Assembly: GCA_950097015.1 (NCBI GenBank) | Contig: CATNEN010000041.1 | Location: forward strand, 1,302,001-1,366,000 | From: Macrostomum hystrix | Lineage: Eukaryota > Animalia > Platyhelminthes | Direction of reading: 5' to 3' | Length of the DNA stretch: 64,000 bases | Shown: positions 38,145-51,800 of the stretch, in pieces | Numbering within the stretch: the stretch's first letter is position 1 | Layout: each line of letters opens with the position of its first letter | Made by a program: the position numbers and the translations under genes | The notes under the pieces: model-generated | Databases searched by the model: none | The model's input: the letters and a program-made list of their open reading frames with translations, nothing else | What the model was told of the DNA's origin: nothing

Positions 38145-39732
38145 AGTTCTACTACTAGATCTAGCTGCAGTTCTACTACTAGATCTAGCTCCACTTCTGC
38201 TACTAGATCTAGCTCCACTTCTACTACTAGATCTAGCTCCACTTCTGCTACTAGATCTAGCCCCACTTCTACTACTAGATCTAGCTCCAGTTCTACTACT
38301 AGATCTAGCTCCACTTCTACTACTAGATCTAGCTCCACTTCTGCTACTAGATCTAGCCCCACTTCTACTACTAGATCTAGCTCCAGTTCTACTACTAGAT
38401 CTAGCTCCACTTCTACTACTAGATCTAGCTCCACTTCTGCTACTAGATCTAGCTCCACTTCTACTACTAGATCTAGCTCCAGTTCTACTATTAGATCTAG
38501 CTCCACTTCTACTACTAGATCTAGCTCCAGTTCTACTACTAGATCTAGCTCCAGTTCTACTACTAGATCTAGCTCCAGTTCTACTACTAGATCTAGCTCC
38601 AGTTCTACTACTAGATCTAGCTCCAGTTCTACTATTAGATCTAGCTCCAGTTCTACTACTAGATCTAGCTCCAGTTCTACTACTAGATCTAGCTCCACTT
38701 CTACTACTAGATCTAGCTCCAGTTCTACTACTAGATCTAGCTCCAGTTCTACTACTAGATCTAGCTCCACTTCTACTACTAGATCTAGCTCCACTTCTAC
38801 TACTAGATCTAGCTTCACTTCTACTACTAGATCTAGCTCCACTTCTGCTACTAGATCTAGCTCCACTTCTACTACTAGATCTAGCTCCAGTTCTGCTACT
38901 AGATCTAGCCCCACTTCTACTACTAGATCTAGCTCCAGTTCTACTACTAGATCTAGCTCCACTTCTACTACTAGATCTAGCTCCACTTCTACTATTAGAT
39001 CTAGCTCCACTTCTACTATTAGATCTAGCTCCACTTCTACTACTAGATCTAGCTCCACTTCTACTACTAGATCTAGCTCCAGTTCTACTACTAGATCTAG
39101 CTCCAGTTCTACTACTAGATCTAGCTCCACTTCTACTACTAGATCTAGCTCCACTTCTACTACTAGATCTAGCTCCACTTCTACTATTAGATCTAGCTGC
39201 AGTTCTACTACTAGATCTAGCTCCACTTCTACTACTAGATCTAGCTCCACTTCTACTACTAGATCTAGCTCCAGTTCTACTACTAGATCTAGCTCCAGTT
39301 CTACTACTAGATCTAGCTCCACTTCTACTACTAGATCTAGCTCCACTTCTACTACTAGATCTAGCTTCACTTCTACTACTAGATCTAGCTCCACTTCTAC
39401 TACTAGATCTAGCTCCACTTCTACTACTAGATCTAGCTTCACTTCTACTACTAGATCTAGCTCCACTTCTACTACTAGATCTAGCTCCACTTCTACTACT
39501 AGATCTAGCTCCAGTTCTGCTACTAGATCTAGCTCCACTTCTGCTACTAGATCTAGCTCCAGTTCTACTACTAGATCTAGCTCCAGTTCTACTACTAGAT
39601 CTAGCCCCACTTCTACTACAAGATCTAGCTCCAGTTCTACTACTAGATCTAGCTCCACTTCTACTACTAGATCTAGCTCCAGTTCTACTATTAGATCTAG
39701 CTGCAGTTCTACTACTAGATCTAGCTGCAGTT
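38145..39732. repeat. 24-bp minisatellite (ACTAGATCTAGCTCCA(C/G)TTCTACT)n, ~66 units
   Basis: Direct repetition; each unit carries the palindrome TAGATCTA. Lies just past the putative poly(A) signal of the giant gene. Confidence 0.95.
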
Positions 39733-39754
39733 CTTGTCGTTTTGTAATCATTAT

Positions 39755-39760
39755 TTTATT
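39755..39760 (-). promoter_or_regulatory. Putative poly(A) signal AATAAA of the giant Arg-rich gene
   Basis: AATAAA on the minus strand about 80 nt after the TAA at 39839. Confidence 0.55.
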
Positions 39761-39838
39761 TCCAACGCCAGTCCCAGATCTTCTTCGAGCTTAGGTCTGT
39801 ATCTATATAAAAAAGCAGTGCCTCACTTTTTCGCTGCA

Positions 39839-42800
39839 TTAATTCTTGGTCTCAGTGATGACCGGGCCAGTGCTGGTCTCCGTGATGACAGGACCAGTCT
39901 GGGTGATGACAGGACCAGTGCTGGTCTCCGTGATGACCGGGCCAGTGCTGGTCTCCGTGATGACAGGACCAGTCTGGGTGATGACAGGGCCAGTGCTGGT
40001 CTCAGTCCAGGAGGTGGATCCGTCAGGGTTGACTGTCTTCACAGTCTCTGCAAGGCAAAGGGGCGATAGGCATTTGGTTTCAATTAATAAAATTGAACCA
40101 ATCTGGCAAGCATTATTTCCGCTGGAAAACTCACTGGTTGCGCCACCAGAACTGCTCATTTTTGTGCTCGATGTTCCACCTGTAAGTTCAAAATGTTCGA
40201 CCAAGTTATCAAGAGGCCCATATTAGACTGTCTATGCGGGAATGCGGGCATGGCAAGGCGGTAACTCACCTCCGCCACCGACGGTCTTCGAAGCGGACCA
40301 GCCGGAGTTTCCTGTGCTTGACTTGGTCTCCGTTGTCAGTGGGCCTGCAGTCGGGAAAATCAAAATTTGAGTTTTGAATTTAAACTTTGATTCACGAAAG
40401 TTCCACGCGTTCACACGAACATATGGTTTTCTTTTTGTGTAGATTTGATTTGACGTGTACAGAAAGCGCAAGGCGATAATTTACCAAGTTGTTGGCAAAA
40501 TACTCACCGTTGATGACTTGCGACGAAGAAGTCTCAGTCCAAGAGATGGAGCCGTCAGGGTTTACAGTCTTGACCATTTCTGAAAAGCGAGTTCTCTAAT
40601 GTGAGAATGGTCTCTCAATGGATTTTCAACTCCTCTAGCAAATAATTCCTTGTGGTCCTAAATATTTCGGGATGATGAGACTCACTGGAACCGGCTCCAT
40701 GAGACTGACTGCTTCCAGAGCTGGTCGATGATCCACCTAAAAGGCAAAGGTTTCATGCTTAAAAAGCGAACAAACAGTGGGCCTTGGTTTTTAGGCCTTG
40801 GTACAGCCCATGAAAAGAAAAGCCGAAAAGATTTCCTAATTAATGACGGGAACAGTCTTAACTCCGCACTTACTTGAGCTGACACCGGAGTGGCTCACTG
40901 TTTTTGATGTGGTTGCTGCGCCGCCTGTAGAGAAATAAAGATTACATCTGATTTAGCCAATCACAGCAAGGCGACGTTTATCGAAGCGTAAGAGAAAACT
41001 CATTTCTACCTCCAACGGTCTTCCAGGCTGACCAGCCAGCATTTCCAGTGCTAGACTTGGTCTGCGTGATGATTGGTCCTGCATGTTACGGCAAACGGTT
41101 GCCCAAATTTAGGAAAGTATCCATAGTGAGGCAGTGGCTTGAACTGAACGACATTCTTAGAGGAAGTCAGAGTCTCATTTACTGTACCAGCCCCTACACC
41201 AACGGGAAATCAATTCTACGTAGGATAACAGAAACCAGTCACAGAATTTGTCGCCACTGACGAATCAAGTTTAATAATTCTCCAAGATTTGTGACCCGAG
41301 TCTCAGAGACGCGGACTCACCATTTGTCACGTCGGAAGAAGTCTCAGTCCAGGAAATGGATCCATCAGGGTTGACAGTCTTGGTGACTTCTAAAAGTGAA
41401 AATTAAAAACATAGCTCATTGCTCTTTATTAGTGAAAAACTGTGGAAAGATTCGCTCGATGCATGGCGTCGCAATTCACTCACTGGTCTTTCCTGCAATG
41501 CCATTCGGAATTGATCTCGAGGCTAAAAAATACACGTGGGGAATCTCATTTCCACGCGTTAAATTTGTATCCACTACTATAGAGGAATAATATACATACT
41601 TGTTGAGCTCGTTCCATGTCCACCGATTGCAACTACTCCACCGTCTAAAAGGCAAAAACGTTTTTCGTAATCACTATGATTACCATAAAAATGCGGACAC
41701 TTTAAATAAAAACGACCGAGATTCTTACCGATGACCTTTGTTTCACCAGGAACGGTTTCTCTGATGGTTTCTGAAAAAAGAAACAAAGCATTGACGAAAG
41801 AGTGCCCCAAAATTATGCACTTGAAAAAAGTTGAAGTCTCACGAGTTACGACTTACGAGTCTCAGTTGTCTCGGGGCCATTCAATGTAATAACACCTCCA
41901 TCTAGATTTTGCGTTAAAAAATATGTTCGAAAAAACTAGTCACGTCAGGCACAGGGTGTAACTCAAAAATGTAACCGCAAAATGTCTAGAAAAGATTCTC
42001 ACCAATTGTGTCAACAGCCTCCAATATGAGTGTTTTGAATTCAGTGTTATACAGCCAATTTTGCTGTGAAATAATGTCGCTGAAAATGTTCTTCGCTCTA
42101 GCAACTTTTGCCTTAAGACCAGACGTCACGCTCGAAAGGCCAGATTGCAAAATTGACCTGCTCCGCTTAACAAGCAGCTCAAATTTGGGACCAGACATCT
42201 TCAGTCTTCTCTTAAGTGCCAAAAGTCGAAGTCTGAGCTTCTCCTGCAAAGCCTTAATTTTATGCACTGGAACCTTCCGAGACGATCGAAGAACTCTTTT
42301 AGCAACACGCTCAACGCGAGATCGTCTCAGAGAACGCTTACCAACGATTTGTTGAATTGCAATCCCAACTTTAATCCTTGGCTGCCGCTTCAAAATCTTA
42401 CGAATACTAGTCCGCAGATGCAGCTGCCTTTTTACTGCCTTCTTTTTCAAACGCAAAATATGACGTACCCGGGTCAAAACCGACACGCGACGATTCAAGC
42501 CACGTATACGATGATACACACTACGGGAAAGACGCGGCAAAACAACTCGATTACCCGGTACAAAAGATCGTCTCACTACAACGGAAGATTTGCGACGCCG
42601 TACACGTCTAAGACCAACAGACGGTCTGATGACTCGTCGGATCACTCTTCGCCTCCTCACGATGCGTCTGCGTCGCATGATGCGTCGGATGATGCGTCGT
42701 CGGCGGATGACTCGTCGGCGTCCAATGAATCCTCGGATTACTCGTCGCCTCCTCACGATGCGTCTGCGTCGCACGATGCGTCGGATGATGCGTCGTCGGC

Positions 42801-45800
42801 GGATCACTCGTCGGATCACTCTTCGTCTCCTCACGATGCGTCTTCTTCGCACAATGCGTCGGATGATGCGTCGTCGGCGGATGACTCGTCGGCGTCTGAT
42901 GACTCGTCGGATCACTCGTCGTCTCCTCACGATGCGTCTTCTTCGCACAATGCGTCGGATGATGCGTCGTCGGCGGATGACTCGTCGGAGTCCGATGACT
43001 CGTCGGATCACTCGTCGCCTCCTCACGATGCGTCTGACAATCCTTCTTCGCACAATTTTCCTTCTGAGCACCTTGCTTGCCACTCGGCGTCCAGCGATCT
43101 TTCTGATAAATCTTCTCGTTCTCGGAATGAGTTTACGGATTACTCTGCGTCTAACAATCTTTCGTCTGACAACGCGGCGGACAATCTTTCGCTTTCTAAC
43201 GACCAGACGCTTGATTCGTCTAATCTGGCGTTTTCGTCTAAAGACGCAGACGGAGATGCGTCGACGGAGGTATCGGCGCCTAATAGAGTTCTTCACTATT
43301 CTGCGCTTCAGGGTCACGCGTCGTCTCCTGAGTTTAAAGATTCTCGATGTGCAAATGGAAATGCGCCTGACAAGGCGGCGAATGCGGAATGTGGTTCGCC
43401 TAACGCGTCGCCTCACCCGCCTTACAACACGCTTCACAACTCTGCGGCGGACGACTTTGCGGCGAACGATTTTGCGGCGAACGACCCTGCGCCTGATGAC
43501 TTTTCGCTGGATTCTTAGCCTCCTCACGCGTCTAATCAAGCGGGTGCGGCGAACGCGAACGGCTGTAATTCTGCGCAACAGAATGCGTCGCCTCACCCTA
43601 AGCTTCACAGCACGACGTTTCAGAACAATACGCCTCCTGAAAATTCTGCGGACTCGACGTCTAATAACAACATGCCTGCGAATAACCCGCCGAATCTTAC
43701 GATACACACGCCTGACTCGTCGGACGACTCGAGTTACCACACGGCGTACTACGCGACGTCGAACAACGCGTCTGATGATGCGTCGTCGGCGGATGACTCG
43801 TCGGAATCCGATGACTCGTCGGATCACTCGTCGCCTCCTCACGATGCGTCTTCTTCGCACAATGCGTCGGATGATGCGTCGTCGGCGGAAGACTCTTCGG
43901 CGTCTGATGACTCGTCGGATCACTCGTCGCCTCCTCACGATGCGTCTTCTTCGCACAATGCGTCGGATGATGCGTCGTCGGCGGATGACTCGTCGGCGTC
44001 TGATGACTCGTCGGATCACTCGTCGCCTCCTCACGATACGTCTTCTTCGCACAACGCGTCGGATGATGCGTCGGCGGCGGATGACTCGTCGGAGTCCGAT
44101 GACTCGTCGGATCACTCGTCGCCTCCTCACGATGCGTCTTCTTCGTACAATGCGTCGGATGATGCGTCGTCGGCGGATGACTCGTCGGCGTCTGATGACT
44201 CGTCGGATCACTCGTCGCCTCCTCACGATGCGTCTCCGTGGAACGATGCGTCGGATGACTCTTCGGCGTCTGATGACTCGTCGGATCACTCGTCGCCTCC
44301 TCACGATGCGTCTTCTTCGCACAATGCGTCGGATGATGCGTCGGCGGCGGATGACTCGTCGGAGTCCGATGACTCGTCGGATCACTCGTCGCCTCCTCAC
44401 GATACGTCTTCTTTGCACAATGCGTCGGATGATGCGTCGTCGGCGGATGACTCGTCGGAGTCCGATGACTCGTCGGATCACTCGTCGCCTCCTCACGATG
44501 CGTCTTCTTCGCACAATACGTCGGATGATGCGTCGTCGGCGGATGACTCGTCGGCGTCTGATGACTCGTCGGATCACTCGTCGCCTCCTCAAGATGCGTC
44601 TTCTTCGCACAATGCGTCGGATGATGCGTCGTCGGCGGATGACTCGTCGGAGTCCGATGACTCGTCGGATCACTCGTCGCCTCCTCACGATGCGTCTTCT
44701 TCGCACAATGCGTCGGATGATGCGTCGTCGGCGGATGACTCTTCGGCGTCTGATGACTCGTCGGATCACTCGTCGTCTCCTCACGATGCGTCTTCTTCGC
44801 ACAATGCGTCGGATGATGCGTCGTCGGCGGATGACTCGTCGGAGTCCGATGACTCGTCGGATCACTCGTCGCCTCCTCACGATGCGTCTTCTTCGCACAA
44901 TGCGTCGGATGACGCGTCGTCGGCGGATGACTCGTCGGAGTCCGATGACTCGTCGGATCACTCGTCGCCTCCTCACGATGCGTCTTCTTCGCACAATGCG
45001 TCGGATGATGCGTCGGCGGCGGATGACTCGTCGGAGTCCGATGACTCGTCGGATCACTCGTCGCCTCCTCACGATGCGTCTGACAATCCTTCTTCGCACA
45101 ATTTTCCTTCTGAGCACCTTGCTTGCCACTCGACGTCCAGCGATCTTTCTGATAAATCTTCTCGTTCTCGGAATGAGTTTACGGATTACTCTGCGTCTAA
45201 CAATCTTTCGTCTGACAACGCGGCGGACAATCTTTCGCTTTCTAACGACCAGACGCTTGATTCGTCTAATCTGGCGTTTTCGTCTAAAGACGCAGACGGA
45301 GATGCGTCGTCGGAGGTATCGGCGCCTAATAGAGTTCTTCACTATTCTGCGCTTCAGGGTCACGCGTCGTCTCCTGAGTTTAAAGATTCTCGATGTGCAA
45401 ATGGAAATGCGCCTGACAAGGCGGCGAATGCGGAAGGTGGTTCGCCTAACGCGTCGCCTCACCCGCCTTACAACACGCTTCACAACTCTGCGGCGGACGA
45501 CTTTGCGGCGAACGATTTTGCGGCGAACGACCCTGCGCCTGATGACTTTTCGCTGGATTCTTAGCCTCCTCACGCGTCTAATCAAGCGGGTGCGGCGAAC
45601 GCGAACGGCTGTAATTCTGCGCAACAGAATGCGTCGCCTCACCCTAAGCTTCACAGCACGACGTTTCAGAACAATACGCCTCCTGAAAATTCTGCGGACT
45701 CGACGTCTAATAACAACATGCCTGCGAATAACCCGCCGAATCTTACGATACACACGCCTGACTCGTCGGACGACTCGAGTTACCACACGGCGTACTACGC

Positions 45801-48800
45801 GACGTCGAACAACGCGTCTGATGATGCGTCGTCGGCGGATGACTCGTTGGAATCCGATGACTCGTCGGATCACTCGTCGCCTCCTCACGATGCGTCTTCT
45901 TCGCACAATGCGTCGGATGATGCGTCGTCGGCGGAAGACTCTTCGGCGTCTGATGACTCGTCGGATCACTCGTCGCCTCCTCACGATGCGTCTTCTTCGC
46001 ACAATGCGTCGGATGATGCGTCGTCGGCGGATGACTCGTCGGCGTCTGATGACTCGTCGGATCACTCGTCGCCTCCTCACGATGCGTCTTCTTCGTACAA
46101 TGCGTCGGATGATGCGTCGTCGGCGGATGACTCGTCGGCGTCTGATGACTCGTCGGATCACTCGTCGCCTCCTCACGATACGTCTTCTTCGCACAATGCG
46201 TCGGATGATGCGTCGGCGGCGGATGACTCGTCGGAGTCCGATGACTCGTCGGATCACTCGTCGCCTCCTCACGATGCGTCTTCTTCGCACAATGCGTCGG
46301 ATGATGCGTCGTCGGCGGATGACTCTTCGGCGTCTGATGACTCGTCGGATCACTCGTCGCCTCCTCACGATGCGTCTCCGTGGAACGATGCGTCGGATGA
46401 CTCGTCGGCGTCTGATGACTCGTCGGATCACTCGTCGCCTCCTCACGATGCGTCTTCTTCGCACAATGCGTCGGATGATGCGTCGTCGGCGGATGACTCG
46501 TCGGCGTCTGATGACTCGTCGGATCACTCGTCGCCTCCTCACGATGCGTCTTCTTCGTACAATGCGTCGGATGATGCGTCGTCGGCGGATGACTCGTCGG
46601 AGTCCGATGACTCGTCGGATCACTCGTCGCCTCCTCACGATGCGTCTTCTTCGCACAATGCGTCGGATGATGCGTCGTCGGCGGATGACTCGTCGGCGTC
46701 TGATGACTCGTCGGATCACTCGTCGTCTCCTCACGATGCGTCTTCTTCGCACAATGCGTCGGATGATGCGTCGTCGGCGGATGACTCGTCGGAGTCCGAT
46801 GACTCGTCGGATCACTCGTCGCCTCCTCACGATGCGTCTTCTTCGCACAATGCGTCGGATGACGCGTCGTCGGCGGATGATTCGTCGGAGTCCGATGACT
46901 CGTCGGATCACTCGTCGCCTCCTCACGATGCGTCTTCTTCGCACAATGCGTCGGATGATGCGTCGGCGGCGGATGACTCGTCGGAGTCCGATGACTCGTC
47001 GGATCACTCGTCGCCTCCTCACGATGCGTCTGACAATCCTTCTTCGCACAATTTTCCTTCTGAGCACCTTGCTTGCCACTCGACGTCCAGCGATCTTTCT
47101 GATAAATCTTCTCGTTCTCGGAATGAGTTTACGGATTACTCTGCGTCTAACAATCTTTCGTCTGACAACGCGGCGGACAATCTTTCGCTTTCTAACGACC
47201 AGACGCTTGATTCGTCTAATCTGGCGTTTTCGTCTAAAGACGCAGACGGAGATGCGTCGTCGGAGGTATCGGCGCCTAATAGAGTTCTTCACTATTCTGC
47301 GCTTCAGGGTCACGCGTCGTCTCCTGAGTTTAAAGATTCTCGATGTGCAAATGGAAATGCGCCTGACAAGGCGGCGAATGCGGAAGGTGGTTCGCCTAAC
47401 GCGTCGCCTCACCCGCCTTACAACACGCTTCACAACTCTGCGGCGGACGACTTTGCGGCGAACGATTTTGCGGCGAACGACCCTGCGCCTGATGACTTTT
47501 CGCTGGATTCTTAGCCTCCTCACGCGTCTAATCAAGCGGGTGCGGCGAACGCGAACGGCTGTAATTCTGCGCAACAGAATGCGTCGCCTCACCCTAAGCT
47601 TCACAGCACGACGTTTCAGAACAATACGCCTCCTGAAAATTCTGCGGACTCGACGTCTAATAACAACATGCCTGCGAATAACCCGCCGAATCTTACGATA
47701 CACACGCCTGACTCGTCGGACGACTCGAGTTACCACACGGCGTACTACGCGACGTCGAACAATGCGTCTGATGATGCGTCGTCGGCGGATGACTCGTCGG
47801 AATCCGATGACTCGTCGGATCACTCGTCGCCTCCTCACGATGCGTCTTCTTCGCACAATGCGTCGGATGATGCGTCGTCGGCGGAAGACTCTTCGGCGTC
47901 TGATGACTCGTCGGATCACTCGTCGCCTCCTCACGATGCGTCTTCTTCGCACAATGCGTCGGATGATGCGTCGTCGGCGGATGACTCGTCGGCGTCTGAT
48001 GACTCGTCGGATCACTCGTCGCCTCCTCACGATGCGTCTTCTTCGTACAATGCGTCGGATGATGCGTCGTCGGCGGATGACTCGTCGGCGTCTGATGACT
48101 CGTCGGATCACTCGTCGCCTCCTCACGATACGTCTTCTTCGCACAATGCGTCGGATGATGCGTCGGCGGCGGATGACTCGTCGGAGTCCGATGACTCGTC
48201 GGATCACTCGTCGCCTCCTCACGATGCGTCTTCTTCGCACAATGCGTCGGATGATGCGTCGTCGGCGGATGACTCTTCGGCGTCTGATGACTCGTCGGAT
48301 CACTCGTCGCCTCCTCACGATGCGTCTCCGTGGAACGATGCGTCGGATGACTCGTCGGCGTCTGATGACTCGTCGGATCACTCGTCGCCTCCTCACGATG
48401 CGTCTTCTTCGCACAATGCGTCGGATGATGCGTCGTCGGCGGATGACTCGTCGGCGTCTGATGACTCGTCGGATCACTCGTCGCCTCCTCACGATGCGTC
48501 TTCTTCGTACAATGCGTCGGATGATGCGTCGTCGGCGGATGACTCGTCGGAGTCCGATGACTCGTCGGATCACTCGTCGCCTCCTCACGATGCGTCTTCT
48601 TCGCACAATGCGTCGGATGATGCGTCGTCGGCGGATGACTCGTCGGCGTCTGATGACTCGTCGGATCACTCGTCGTCTCCTCACGATGCGTCTTCTTCGT
48701 ACAATGCGTCGGATGATGCGTCGTCGGCGGATGACTCGTCGGAGTCCGATGACTCGTCGGATCACTCGTCGCCTCCTCACGATGCGTCTTCTTCGCACAA

Positions 48801-51800
48801 TGCGTCGGATGACGCGTCGTCGGCGGATGACTCGTCGGAGTCCGATGACTCGTCGGATCACTCGTCGCCTCCTCACGATGCGTCTTCTTCGCACAATGCG
48901 CCGGATGATGCGTCGTCGGCGGATGACTCGTCGGCGTCTGATGACTCGTCGGATCACTCGTCGCCTCCTCACGATACGTCTTCTTCGCACAACGCGTCGG
49001 ATGATGCGTCGGCGGCGGATGACTCGTCGGAGTCCGATGACTCGTCGGATCACTCGTCGCCTCCTCACGATGCGTCTTCTTCGCACAATGCGTCGGATGA
49101 TGCGTCGTCGGCGGATGACTCGTCGGCGTCTGATGACTCGTCGGATCACTCGTCGCCTCCTCACGATGCGTCTCCGTGGAACGATGCGTCGGATGACTCG
49201 TCGGCGTCTGATGACTCGTCGGATCACTCGTCGTCTCCTCACGATGCGTCTTCTTCGCACAATGCGTCGGATGATGCGTCGTCGGCGGATGACTCGTCGG
49301 AGTCCGATGACTCGTCGGATCACTCGTCGCCTCCTCACGATACGTCTTCTTCGCACAATGCGTCGGATGATGCGTCGGCGGCGGATGACTCGTCGGAGTC
49401 CGATGACTCGTCGGATCACTCGTCGCCTCCTCACGATGCGTCTTCTTCGTACAATGCGTCGGATGATGCGTCGTCGGCGGATGACTCGTCGGCGTCTGAT
49501 GACTCGTCGGATCACTCGTCGCCTCCTCACGATGCGTCTTCTTCGCACAATGCGTCGGATGATGCGTCGTCGGCGGATGACTCGTCGGCGTCTGATGACT
49601 CGTCGGATCACTCGTCGCCTCCTCACGATGCGTCTTCTTCGTACAATGCGTCGGATGATGCGTCGTCGGCGGATGACTCGTCGGAGTCCGATGACTCGTC
49701 GGATCACTCGTCGCCTCCTCACGATGCGTCTTCTTCGCACAATGCGTCGGATGATGCGTCGTCGGCGGATGACTCGTCGGCGTCTGATGACTCGTCGGAT
49801 CACTCGTCGTCTCCTCACGATGCGTCTTCTTCGCACAATGCGTCGGATGATGCGTCGTCGGCGGATGACTCGTCGGAGTCCGATGACTCGTCGGATCACT
49901 CGTCGCCTCCTCACGATGCGTCTGACAATCCTTCTTCGCACAATTTTCCTTCTGAGCACCTTGCTTGCCACTCGACGTCCAGCGATCTTTCTGATAAATC
50001 TTCTCGTTCTCGGAATGAGTTTACGGATTACTCTGCGTCTAACAATCTTTCGTCTGACAACGCGGCGGACAATCTTTCGCTTTCTAACGACCAGACGCTT
50101 GATTCGTCTAATCTGGCGTTTTCGTCTAAAGACGCAGACGGAGATGCGTCGACGGAGGTATCGGCGCCTAATAGAGTTCTTCACTATTCTGCGCTTCAGG
50201 GTCACGCGTCGTCTCCTGAGTTTAAAGATTCTCGATGTGCAAATGGAAATGCGCCTGACAAGGCGGCGAATGCGGAAGGTGGTTCGCCTAACGCGTCGCC
50301 TCACCCGCCTTACAACACGCTTCACAACTCTGCGGCGGACGACTTTGCGGCGAACGATTTTGCGGCGAACGACCCTGCGCCTGATGACTTTTCGCTGGAT
50401 TCTTAGCCTCCTCACGCGTCTAATCAAGCGGGTGCGGCGAACGCGAACGGCTGTAATTCTGCGCAACAGAATGCGTCGCCTCACCCTAAGCTTCACAGCA
50501 CGACGTTTCAGAACAATACGCCTCCTGAAAATTCTGCGGACTCGACGTCTAATAACAACATGCCTGCGAATAACCCGCCGAATCTTACGATACACACGCC
50601 TGACTCGTCGGACGACTCGAGTTACCACACGGCGTACTACGCGACGTCGAACAACGCGTCTGATGATGCGTCGTCGGCGGATGACTCGTCGGAATCCGAT
50701 GACTCGTCGGATCACTCGTCGCCTCCTCACGATGCGTCTTCTTCGCACAATGCGTCGGATGATGCGTCGGCGGCGGATGACTCGTCGGAGTCCGATGACT
50801 CGTCGGATCACTCGTCGCCTCCTCACGATACGTCTTCTTCGCACAATGCGTCGGATGATGCGTCGTCGGCGGATGACTCGTCGGAGTCCGATGACTCGTC
50901 GGATCACTCGTCGCCTCCTCACGATGCGTCTTCTTCGCACAATACGTCGGATGATGCGTCGTCGGCGGATGACTCTTCGGCGTCTGATGACTCGTCGGAT
51001 CACTCGTCGCCTCCTCACGATGCGTCTTCTTCGCACAATGCGTCGGATGATGCGTCGTCGGCGGATGACTCGACGGAGTCCGATGACTCGTCGGATCACT
51101 CGTCGCCTCCTCACGATGCGTCTTCTTCGCACAATGCGTCGGATGATGCGTCGTCGGCGGATGACTCGTCGGCGTCTGATGACTCGTCGGATCACTCGTC
51201 GCCTCCTCACGATGCGTCTTCTTCGCACAATGCGTCGGATGATGCGTCGTCGGCGGATGACTCGTCGGCGTCTGATGACTCGTCGGATCACTCGTCGTCT
51301 CCTCACGATGCGTCTTCTTCGCACAATGCGTCGGATGATGCGTCGTCGGCGGATGACTCGTCGGAGTCCGATGACTCGTCGGATCACTCGTCGCCTCCTC
51401 ACGATGCGTCTTCTTCGCACAATGCGTCGGATGACGCGTCGTCGGCGGATGACTCGTCGGAGTCCGATGACTCGTCGGATCACTCGTCGCCTCCTCACGA
51501 TGCGTCTTCTTCGCACAATGCGTCGGATGATGCGTCGGCGGCGGATGACTCGTCGGAGTCCGATGACTCGTCGGATCACTCGTCGCCTCCTCACGATGCG
51601 TCTGACAATCCTTCTTCGCACAATTTTCCTTCTGAGCACCTTGCTTGCCACTCGACGTCCAGCGATCTTTCTGATAAATCTTCTCGTTCTCGGAATGAGT
51701 TTACGGATTACTCTGCGTCTAACAATCTTTCGTCTGACAACGCGGCGGACAATCTTTCGCTTTCTAACGACCAGACGCTTGATTCGTCTAATCTGGCGTT

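Noticed and set aside
41187-41219. Possible additional 33-nt micro-exon (ELISRWCRGWY) in the giant gene
   Set aside because: Splice sites are possible but weak, and the peptide is unlike the other modules.
41986-42002. TAG at 41986 as the true end of the giant protein
   Set aside because: A GTGAGA donor lies 15 nt earlier in phase 1 and matches the downstream phase-1 exons, so the stop is probably intronic. It could still serve an intron-retained isoform.
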